A DNA stretch of 63,340 nucleotides, filler included, from Cercozoa sp. M6MM (taxonomy: Eukaryota; Protista; Endomyxa: Ascetosporea), in NCBI GenBank assembly GCA_040357565.1. It is 12 parts of 12 records of this genome, joined end to end, with 100 filler letters (N's around TTAATTAATTAA, not from the genome) between each part and the next. Parts side by side here need not be neighbours in the genome. Positions count along the whole stretch, not along the records: positions 38,639 to 41,576 come from JBDODJ010001669.1; positions 41,677 to 46,918 come from JBDODJ010000939.1; positions 47,019 to 50,965 come from JBDODJ010001267.1; 9 more parts are not named here. One strand, written 5' to 3'. Below the pieces are notes generated by a model. It made no database searches and was not told the origin of the DNA. It saw only the letters and a list, made by a program, of their open reading frames with translations. Both the position numbers and the translations under genes were made by a program. Shown here piece by piece: positions 38,707 through 48,561 of the stretch (position 1 is the first letter of the stretch; every line of letters begins with the position of its first letter).

Positions 38707-40287
38707 ATGGCGACCAACCCCGATATGGGCCCGCCGCCTCACCGGTACTACCCGGCTTCGCACTCGAGGACGAGCGTCCCAACTAGCGGACAATCCGACG
38801 GACACTACGTGATGAAATCCAACGGAGTGGACGTGCGCATGGTGATTGACCACAGCGGTGGCTCGCCCTCTCCCAACGAGGTCTGCGTCGACAGCATGTG
38901 CGACAAGACACAGTTCGTCGAGGCACTCGATGTGGTGGAGAGGCTGCTCGAGGACAAGCTGGCAGGCACCAGCGCCTTCTACGGCACGCTCGACGTGCAA
39001 GAGGCCTACTTTCAGTTCCCGCTCTCGCAAAGGGACGCACCGTTCCTCGGCTTTGCGATCAAGTTCCACCGCGACGAGGAGCCGTGCCCCGAAGTCGAGG
39101 GAGACTGGCAGCTGCGAGTGATGTCGATGGGACACAAGATCTCGATGGGCAAGCTCGCCCAGTTCCTGCAGCCGGTGGCCGCGCACATAGAGAAGCGCCT
39201 CGGCACGAGCGTGCTGTGGATGGCCGACAACTTCGCAGTGAAAGAAGTGCGACCCGGCACCTGGCGCAAAGCGCACGACATCGTGCAGCACGAGCTCGGC
39301 ATTGTGCTCAAGCCTGAGGATGACTTCCCGCCACAGCGAGTGTTCGACTTTGTCGGCGCCAACTACGACACACTCACTGGCGAGGTCTGGACCAGAGAGG
39401 GCAAGGCCTCCAAGTTCATCCAGCAGTGCGACGACCTGGCCACTGGACACAGGGCACAGATCGCGCTGCGCGAGATGCAGCAGTTCGCCGGGCGCAGCGG
39501 CTGGCGCTCGCGTGTATACGGCGTGGGCAAGTCATTCCTGCGCGACGCGCATCACGCAGCCAACTCAGTGCCCAGGAACGCCAAGCCGTTCTGGAAACGG
39601 AACGTGACAAGCGGCGTGCGAGACGCAGCTCGCTTCATGCGGCAGGTCGAGCAGCGCGCACAGGACCAGCATCACAACGCGTTCGAACTGCACGAGAACA
39701 GCGCCGTGTGGGCCAACTTCTCCACAGACACGGCAGGCAGCCACCGCATCGCGGCAGTGCACTTCGAGGACTCCGGCGACTGGATCGCCGTTGAGCTGCC
39801 CACTGAGTACGGCACGGACAACAACGGCCTCGAGGCGTGGGCACACACGCTCGGCTGGCTCGTCGACGCGTGGCGGCGCGACAGATTCCCGCAACGCTTC
39901 GCACCGGCCAAGTCGCGCAAGGCGCTCACTGACTCGAACAACTTCGTCAGGCAGCGCGAGAGTGGCCGCGCCGAGAACAAGCAGGTGCGACTCGCACTGC
40001 AGGTGCTGGAAGGAGTGATGCTTGGCACTGATGCTCGCTTCTTCCCGAGACACATCGCAGGCAAGGACAATGTGGTCTCGGACGCACTCAGCCGCGATGA
40101 CAAGGCGGCAGCCGTGCGAAGTGCACGCGACAAGAGCATGCCGCTGCGAGACGAGCCGATGTGCCCTCGCAGGGTTGAGAACAATCAGTTTTGGCGCAAG
40201 CTGCGCAACTCATCGAACTTTGCAACAGACGCAACTAAAGCAACCAAGGAGCTGTTTCGGCTTTTAGACGAGATTTTAACAATTTGA
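38707..40287 (+). CDS. Reverse transcriptase-RNase H (DIRS-like), 526 aa
   Basis: RT motifs: YVMKSNGVDVRMVID, TLDVQEAYFQFPL, WQLRVMSMG, WMADN, FDFVG. RNase H: FSTDTAG, NNGLEAWA, LTDS, HIAGKDNVVSDALSR. Confidence 0.9.
   Translation: MATNPDMGPPPHRYYPASHSRTSVPTSGQSDGHYVMKSNGVDVRMVIDHSGGSPSPNEVCVDSMCDKTQFVEALDVVERLLEDKLAGTSAFYGTLDVQEAYFQFPLSQRDAPFLGFAIKFHRDEEPCPEVEGDWQLRVMSMGHKISMGKLAQFLQPVAAHIEKRLGTSVLWMADNFAVKEVRPGTWRKAHDIVQHELGIVLKPEDDFPPQRVFDFVGANYDTLTGEVWTREGKASKFIQQCDDLATGHRAQIALREMQQFAGRSGWRSRVYGVGKSFLRDAHHAANSVPRNAKPFWKRNVTSGVRDAARFMRQVEQRAQDQHHNAFELHENSAVWANFSTDTAGSHRIAAVHFEDSGDWIAVELPTEYGTDNNGLEAWAHTLGWLVDAWRRDRFPQRFAPAKSRKALTDSNNFVRQRESGRAENKQVRLALQVLEGVMLGTDARFFPRHIAGKDNVVSDALSRDDKAAAVRSARDKSMPLRDEPMCPRRVENNQFWRKLRNSSNFATDATKATKELFRLLDEILTI
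38708..38740 (+). repeat. Left copy of 33-bp direct repeat TGGCGACCAACCCCGAT(A/C)TGGGCCCGCCGCCTC
   Basis: 32/33 identical to 41537-41569; overlaps the RT start codon. Confidence 0.95.
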
Positions 40288-40350
40288 AATTTCTGGACCG
40301 CCCATCCTTGCAGATCACGCACATCCTGACACCCACACATACATACATAC

Positions 40351-41346
40351 ATGTACGAGCAGGACAAGTGGAGCGGCTCCAGCCGACCGCTGCGTTTCTA
40401 CCGCATGGAGAACTTCTGGCGAGTGAGAGCAACGAGCAAGTACCTCGCCACGGTGAGACTCGAGAGGGTCAAGCCGAACACACGCAAGTCCTACGCCTCA
40501 TCGGTCAAGGCATTCCACGGCTGGTGCACAGACAACCAGGTGAGACTCGAACAAGTGCGCGAGTACGATGTGGGAGAGTTCCTCGCCGACCGCACCATGG
40601 TCGTGTCGGCAGGCACCATCAAGAATGACTGGGCCGCCATCAAGTTCGACCTGCGCAACCGAGGCATCCCGGTGCAGCGCAGCGAGATCATCAACGAGGT
40701 CTTGGCCGGAGCACAGAGGATCTGCCCGGGAGACGAGACACAGGCGCACCCGTTCACACTCGCCGAGGTCAAGCGACTGGTGCGCAGCTGTGACACGAGC
40801 GAGCTGCGCGAGGCCGAGTTCGCCCTAGCGTGCGCACTGCTCTGGGACATCTGCGGGCGAGCAGGCGCCATCTTTGGCGGCTCGCGGAAGCGCAAGATGC
40901 AGTTCAGAGACTTGACGCCTCACGGTGTGGACAAGTACCGGGTGAACATTCCCACTCCCAAAGCGAGGACCAAAGATGTGGCCGCCATCCGATCGCGCCG
41001 CTCAGACGGTCTGGACGTGCCGAACCTGCTCCAGCAGGTGTACACGATCCACAAGAAGGCCGGCACCTTCCGCAACGACATGCCCATTGTCTCGATGTCG
41101 TACATCGACATGCAGAGCGAGCTCAAGAAGCGATGCAAGAAGCTTGACATCAAGGCACGGAACGGGCGGCGCATTGGCACGCACGGGTTCCGTCGCGGCA
41201 GGGCCACGCACCTGCACGCCTTGGGTGTGCGAGTGAGCGACATCATGCTGCTCGGCCGCTGGAGGTCCACGGCCTGTCTGCGCTACTTGGACGAAGATGC
41301 TGACATTGCAGGTGCGAGGCACGCGATCCTCAGTTCCGACTACTGA
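40351..41346 (+). CDS. Tyrosine recombinase (DIRS-type), 331 aa
   Basis: N-terminal core-binding motif PNTRKSYASSVKAFHGWC; catalytic R (CGRAGAI), HGFRRG, GRW and LRYL all intact. Confidence 0.93.
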   Translation: MYEQDKWSGSSRPLRFYRMENFWRVRATSKYLATVRLERVKPNTRKSYASSVKAFHGWCTDNQVRLEQVREYDVGEFLADRTMVVSAGTIKNDWAAIKFDLRNRGIPVQRSEIINEVLAGAQRICPGDETQAHPFTLAEVKRLVRSCDTSELREAEFALACALLWDICGRAGAIFGGSRKRKMQFRDLTPHGVDKYRVNIPTPKARTKDVAAIRSRRSDGLDVPNLLQQVYTIHKKAGTFRNDMPIVSMSYIDMQSELKKRCKKLDIKARNGRRIGTHGFRRGRATHLHALGVRVSDIMLLGRWRSTACLRYLDEDADIAGARHAILSSDY

Positions 41347-41536
41347 GCATAAGTCACTTACTAGCATCCAACCAGTCTGCCATAGGGCCACACGAGGCAC
41401 AAGTATTATAGTGAACCGACGGAAGGAGCAACAGAACACTTGGCACACGTATCTCGGCATCGCGCCCATCACCGCCACGGCAGGCACAAGGCCTCGGGCA
41501 CACTGGGTGGCCGCCAGGGAAGGGAACAGCCAGGCC

Positions 41537-41569
41537 TGGCGACCAACCCCGATCTGGGCCCGCCGCCTC
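41537..41569 (+). repeat. Right copy of the 33-bp direct repeat
   Basis: 32/33 identical to 38708-38740; 7 nt from the contig end. Confidence 0.95.
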
Positions 41570-41676
41570 GAAGAGANNNNNNNNNNNNNNNNNNNNNNNN
41601 NNNNNNNNNNNNNNNNNNNNTTAATTAATTAANNNNNNNNNNNNNNNNNNNNNNNNNNNNNNNNNNNNNNNNNNNN

Positions 41677-44600
41677 GGGGGGGGGGGTAAGTCTACCAAG
41701 AAGATGCGCGAGACGCAAAATAGACAACAACTGCGCGCACACGTTTCGCAGCGCCTCAGCGTCGAAACCGTCCGGCTAGGGTAAAGGGGGTAAAGGGGTA
41801 AGGGGGAGTTGGGTAAAGGGGTAAAGGGTTGGAGTACCAGACCGAAAAGGTGCCTCAACATTGCCGGCTCATCATCAGCCGCACCTAATGAGAGGGTAGT
41901 CTATTAAAGGGGACGGGTCAAGGGGTAAAGGGGTAAAGTGGGTAAAACCAATCAATTGGTGCAGTCGTAACAGTTGCAGTCTCAACTGTCGCGTGCGCGT
42001 TAGTGCGCGTTTTACATGCGTACGTCCTTGTGACTCCTGGGTAGGGGAGGGGGTAAAGGTGTACGAGGTGGGGAGGGGAGGAGTAAAGACTACCGGAATG
42101 ACATTAAGGTCAGACATAGCGATCTCGGTGGGCACGATAGGAATGGCGACATCACTCACCGTCGTGTCACTGTGCTGACGGTCTCCTTCCTGTCTGAGGT
42201 GGTCAGCTGACACGTGGTCACCTGGCACGTGCCCACTGGACACCTGCAGAAACACACTGGCCAGTGAGAACAGGTGCTCGCCTGTCACTGACAGCACGTG
42301 GCCCAGCGACTGCACCAGCGTCGTCGATGCCAGTCGCACTGCGGGGGGGGGGGGTAAAAGGAGGTAAGAGGGGTATATGGGTTAAGGGACAGCACCAGGG
42401 GGAACACTGAGTTGCACCGTCATAACCACCAAAACGCCGAACATATTTTGCTCGATACGAGACAGAGCTCGTTCGCGTCCATCACCCGTGCCGAGCATAA
42501 TGATCGGCGCCGTGAAGTGAGCCACGATGGCGGCGTACTGCCATTTTCCTATTTTTGGCGCTCAAAATACTAAAAAGAGCTAAAGTGAGTTCTCAAACCA
42601 TACCCGCGTGAGCACGGAACACGATGCAGAGCAGCGACCACGCCGACAGACACGCAATGATGGCCGTCTGCTCAAACAAGCAGTTCATCTATCGCTCCGT
42701 TAATCACTTGAATTTTTCTGTACCGTATTGTTGTTGCACAGCAGCATAAGGATATAGGACGTGATGGCAGCCAGCACAGTGCCCTCCAGTCGCCGCAGTG
42801 ACGTGTGAAACGCGCCGCCGGCGTGATTAAACCCGACTGGCCAGACCTGTGAAAAGTGTTTCGCCAAAACTGAAAAACAAAAATCCGTACAGTTTGGCGG
42901 GTTTTACAAAAGCACAGGCGATCGAGGCCCAGATTCCGTTGTCGAACACGTCTCTAAACACAGTGGAATGCAGGTATAAATAAAACATCAAACTTTGCTA
43001 CCGTAGAGGCTTCAAAAACACGAGCAATGATGCAAGCGACATTGCGAGTGCGAACTGCCAAAAAATAATTCTGTATTCACCAATCAGAAAGCTCAAAGAG
43101 AGTTACTTTAAAAGCATGCAGCATGGTGAGCTTGTCCGGAACGCGCCGGCGGAAGAAACGCGCGACCTTCGACGAAAATGGCAGTCGCGTTCCTACAAGG
43201 GAGGATGAAAGGGGTAGTATTAAAAAAGCTAAGAGTAGAACACACCAACTGCCTGTGCCGGAGCCTCCAGCTTCCTACCACATCAGCATAAAACTGTGGG
43301 AGAAAGAAAGGGAAAAGGAAAGTGCGCGAGTACATGGCATCTTCAGCGAAGCGTTCAAGTGCGAAGAAGAAGGCATGCATCGTCGTGATCAGTTTGACGG
43401 TGTGCTTGTCGCGATCGCTAAAGTCATAACGGTCCGTGATTCGATCGGACTGATCACCGACAGAACCGTCAATGTCAAGGTCCTCCATGATGGAGACTTG
43501 AGCCACAGCATGCTCCAGTTCGTGTTCGTCGCTTTGATCGCCGCGTTTTTGTTCATCATGATCGCCGTTAAGCTCACTGTCGTTACTTTGGTCATCTCCG
43601 AACAGCACTTCCGCGCGGACGGTCGCATAAGACTGCCAGAGACGCTCCAGCGCCGTGCGGACCTGTGCCGTGTCAAAGCCGTTTTCTAAACAGCGACCCA
43701 CGCGGATGAGGAAAATGCAACAAACAATTGAATTTTAGTTTACCACCAGCCACGCGAGCGTACAGCAGTGGCGCTAGAGCATTCACTACATCTCTCAATG
43801 GCGATCGCAGTCGCATCATGAACGAAACCTGTCCAACGTCAAGTAATACCAAATCCATCAAAACAAGGTTGAGAATCATAAAGGGTACGTGACACTCGTA
43901 GATGCCGGACTTGGTGCCTTGCTCTGCAAAAGCTTGCGACACCGAAAAGACGGCATCGCTCCGCGCGAGAGACATACTCTAAAAACAAACCATCCCAAAA
44001 AAGGTGGCGAGTATAACCTTTTAAGGTGGCCACAAGTGCAATACCTCCAAATGCATGCGCAGACAACGCAGTTTCTCGGTTAGCTTCTTGAGTCGCCTCA
44101 TCTCTTTTAACACACATACAATCGCTCAGGTTAGCTTAATTTGTCAAGTTAGCTGAAATACCTGGTCGATTGAGACGAAAACGACGGGCAGTGTGCGACA
44201 GTTTCAGCAGACTGAGGATTGGGGAATAAAGAGAGTGCACAGGGCATGAGAGGGAAGGTACTCGGACGCGAACAGCAGCTGATCGAGTGCCTGTGAGAGA
44301 CAGGTGTCGGCGCGCAGTGTGTGAATTCGCGAGGTCGTCACATCCACGGCACAGAACCTGCAGCTCAAGTTTAGCAAATTCCAGTCCAATTTAGTTTAGT
44401 CCAAAAGATGCGATACGCAAGTGAAACAGAATTCAAGGCGTGCAGAATGTTCTTGGTGGCTGCGCGGACATTGTGCCTAGTGACCACAGATAATTTTATT
44501 CACTTGACATGTGGTCAGCTAGATACTGTGATACTTGGCATCGATTAGGGCGAGTCGAGGGGCAGGCAAAACCGACACGGCGACACCCACTGCGTAAACA

Positions 44601-45644
44601 ACACACACACCAGCCAGAAGGCACCACCACGTGTAAATTCAATCAGTTTGGTAAGTACAGGAAATTACCAAGTGCCGGAACAGCGACATCGACTATGAGA
44701 CTCATGACTTCAATCGCGTCCATGTCACGTTGTGTCACGAAAGAAAGTACACCGACAGTTCCGAATGCCACAAACAACTTGGTCTGTCCAAGCAGGACAA
44801 GAGGTCCAGGTACTGTACAGTAGGTACTCAGGTACACAAGGAACAGTACCTGCAGGGGACGGCGCAGGACAAACACTTGCGTCAGCCAGACGACGACGAA
44901 CAACGCAAAGAAACGAAAAATATCGGCGGATTTAGCGCCTTTTGCTTCGTCGATCGCATCGGCCACTCTGGTGAGGGAGGGTAAAAGAACTAAACAGGAG
45001 GCAAAGGGTACAGGAATAAAGATTCCTTACAACTGAATTCCGAAGGCGGCAACAGCCGAGATCACGGTGGCAATGATACTGTCGACGGCATTGGCGATTG
45101 TACCTGACCAAGCACCCTAAACTACACAAATTAAAACGCAGCCTTAACCAATTAAGTACCGGCCATAGTCGAATTGATGGCTACTACGGCTACAACTGGC
45201 ACCAATACCGGCAGGAAGAACCAGTCTTTGGTGTCTTCGTTGGTGCTCAGCGAGGCACAGATCGCCATGCCAGCAGCCGCGCGGATGGCCCAGTCCATCG
45301 CCACGAGACTCGAACGTTTCCACCGCCTCCTTTGGGGTTGACCCCTCTCTGAGTCGGAGTCTCCGCGCGGAAGGCAACTGAGAATCAGACCGAACAGACC
45401 GCCCAACGACTCCCAAGGAGACACCGGTGCCATCGGCTCCATCGCGCACACGTCTTGGATCACCGACCTCCGCCCGGCCATCATTGCAGTCATTCTCGGC
45501 GATCCCATGTCCGCGCGGACAGACTCGGCATCTACAACAATGCAAACAACACAAAAAAAAAAACGGTCGCACAAACGGCACCATGTGCGAACAGAATCGA
45601 ACAATCACTGGCCAGCGATCTATACCAGAGCTACGATATCCCAT
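41677..45644 (-). CDS. FUSC/ALMT (aromatic acid exporter)-like membrane transporter, 3' partial
   Basis: N-terminal TM bundle (WAIRAAAGMAICASL..VPVVAVVAINSTM..GT), a soluble helical middle, and a second TM bundle ending QYAAIVAHFTAPIIMLG..ALSRIEQNMFGV. Confidence 0.6.
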
Positions 45645-45874
45645 AACGCATCCGCTAACTCTAAGCACGCTAATACGCACGTTTAAAGTCACCAATCGTC
45701 GCGGTTTGAGGATTTGCGGCCGGAGCGAGCCAAGTCGCGGTCGATTGGCCTGAAAAATAAAGGAATTCAATCACTTCGAGTGCGCGGCTTGCTGAGTGGC
45801 ATCCGAGTGTGCAGCTCCCCGCGTGTGTGCATTGGAGTCGTGTTGACGTGTGGTATCGCAAGCCGGGCTTTTTG

Positions 45875-46258
45875 ATGAAGGTGAAGAACTCAATCAAGCG
45901 CGTCTGCAAGGGCTGCTACATCGTGCGCCGCAAGGGCCGACTCGAACTGCGCTGCACCGAGGTATGTTTAGCTTCCCCCTCAGCCATTGTACGTGTTATA
46001 TCTTGACTCACAGGTGAAGTCGCACAAGTACAGACAACGCAACATGTCGACGTGGGTCTCGACTGTTAGACATGCGCCGGAGGTAAGCGCAGCACCCCCT
46101 TAACAACATGGGATTCTCAGTATTTTGCGGCTTTCCATTTGCAGGTGCAGCAGCAGAAGCGTCTGATGGCGCAGCTGCCGCGTCTGCCGCGTGTGGCGCT
46201 GCCCAAGCAGCCGCAGAAGCCATCGCTCACCGAGCGTCTCGTGCAGATGCTTGAGTAA
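45875..46258 (+). CDS. Organellar (mitochondrial-type) ribosomal protein bL36 with C-terminal extension
   Basis: MKVKNSIKRVCKGCYIVRRKGRLELRCTE|VKSHKYRQ is the bL36 zinc ribbon (C,C,C,H); two introns. Confidence 0.9.
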
Positions 46259-46432
46259 ACTGCCGTCCGCGCTAACGTGCGAAAACTAAGCTCAGCGGAA
46301 CCTAAGTTTGATGGTTTATAAACTAAATGAAAATTCAATTTCACACCCATCTGACGCTCAAGCTAACGTAAAATGCGATAGCAAGGATCGAGCGTCGATT
46401 TCAGTGAGTTGTTTTTGAGGCACAAGCCAGTT

Positions 46433-46918
<486 letters not shown>

Positions 46919-47064
46919 NNNNNNNNNNNNNNNNNNNNNNNNNNNNNNNNNNNNNNNNNNNNTTAATTAATTAANNNNNNNNNNNNNNNNNNNNNNNNNN
47001 NNNNNNNNNNNNNNNNNNCCCCCCCCCCCCCCCATCTTACTCTGCCTGTACCTTCTCCCGACAG

Positions 47065-47420
47065 GTGCATGCGCGTGCATCGCGAGGAAGAGTTCGCGCC
47101 CGTGAAGAACAAGGAGGGCAACGACTCGCCTGTACACACACCCAATCTGACCCCCCCACGCTGCCTTTTGACCCCACTTTGTCTCAAAGCAATCCGCGCG
47201 CGAGCTGCTGTCAGCGGCGCACAAGCGCCGCATCGAGGCCGCCGGCGGCACTGTTGTCGGCGACGCTCTCTGCGAGATCGCCTCTGTGGTATCACATGCC
47301 GATATATATCGGTAGATGATGTATCCGTCCACTGTATCCGAACAGCTCTCCTACGACGGTGAGGGTCTGAGCGAACGCTGCCACGGAAAGAGCTTTGAGA
47401 CGCCGTGCTTTATTCAGTAG
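47065..47420 (+). CDS. UAP1: UDP-N-acetylglucosamine pyrophosphorylase, C-terminal exons
   Basis: VHREEEFAPVKNKEGNDSP|QSARELLSAAHKRRIEAAGG..CEIASV|LSYDGEGL. Confidence 0.9.
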
Positions 47421-47828
47421 TGCTCATGATCGGCATTCTAAGAAACGCGTCCACGTTTGCCTGGTGCGGACACTGTGGTACTAAGCAAATTTCAGGTTAG
47501 TTTTAGTTCAGTCTCGTCTACTACGGACGGTCATGTAGTTCCCCTTATACAGTACTGGTGTAGGGGAACTACATACGAGAGTAGGTTTCTTAGAGACTAA
47601 CTAAGAGTTCCCTCTGTGACGTACCCGTCCTGCCTGGGACGACAAGCGAACGGTCGGGACCCACCACAAGCTCGTATGTATACGTACTCTATAGTGGGTT
47701 GAGTAGGTGTCTCGAAATGAAATTGGCGTGAACTCCACAGTTTAATTTGACATACGTTACACCCGCCAATGGCGGCATCTTGATGTCAACACTTGTGACT
47801 CGACTCGGCGCGGATTAGCCAATAATTC

Positions 47829-47880
47829 GGAATGCCTAGTAAGTACAAGTCATCTACTTGCGTTGATTACGTCCCTGCCC
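47829..47880 (+). pseudogene. 52-nt fragment of 18S rRNA (helix 43 region up to just before TTTGTACACACCGCCC)
   Basis: GGAATGCCTAGTAAGTACAAGTCATCTACTTGCGTTGATTACGTCCCTGCCC differs at about 5 positions from the conserved eukaryotic SSU sequence; the flanks are not rDNA. Confidence 0.88.
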
Positions 47881-48001
47881 AACGTGGACGCCAAGGGAGT
47901 CTGCGGGACGTGTAGGAACGACCTCGTACCCCAATGACGCACGTTTGACAGCTTCGTGCCGCCAAGCTTCACGTTCTTACGTTCTTAGAAGACTAAAATA
48001 A

Positions 48002-48387
48002 CTAACTACGTCCCTGCCCTTTGCGGTGCTCCTCCATGCGGCGGCGCCACACGGTGTCGGCGGCCGTCACGATGCGCACCAGCATGGGCGGTACCTTCTT
48101 TTTCTGCGTACGCATACGCACACACACACACATGTGCCACACAGACACACAGACACACACACAGACACGGGCTCATGGAAAAGAGGTTACCTGACGCAAG
48201 GCGCGGCCAATGGCCTGCATTTCCGTGGCCTCGACTAGCTCGCCTGTCAGTCACAAGTCAGTTAGGGCAGTCAAGTCAGGCAAGCAGGAGGGAAGGTACC
48301 GCGACCGACACTCGTGTCGACAAGAACAATGTGCGTGGCTAGTCTGTCATCACACATACACAGACACCCGTCTTACCCCTCATAACC

Positions 48388-48427
<40 letters not shown>

Positions 48428-48527
48428 NNNNNNNNNNNNNNNNNNNNNNNNNNNNNNNNNNNNNNNNNNNNNNNNNNNNNNNNNNNNNNNNNNNNNNNNN
48501 NNNNNNNNNNNNNNNNNNNNNNNNNNN

Positions 48528-48561
<34 letters not shown>

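Larger units (their letters stand above)
38639..41576 (+). mobile_element. Tyrosine-recombinase (DIRS-order; Ngaro/PAT/VIPER-like) retrotransposon, possibly incomplete at contig ends
   Basis: An intronless RT-RNase H ORF is followed by a YR ORF on the same strand, with a 33-bp direct repeat near both ends. Confidence 0.9.

Noticed and set aside
38668-39450. 260-aa antisense ORF over the RT as a possible gag
   Set aside because: It is a shadow ORF of GC-rich codon usage, with no CCHC or capsid-like features.
47580-47995. Group I intron-like words (AAATTGGCGTGAACTCC, TTAGAGACTAA) near the 18S fragment
   Set aside because: The P/Q/R/S elements are not in the right order and no S element or P7 pairing was found.
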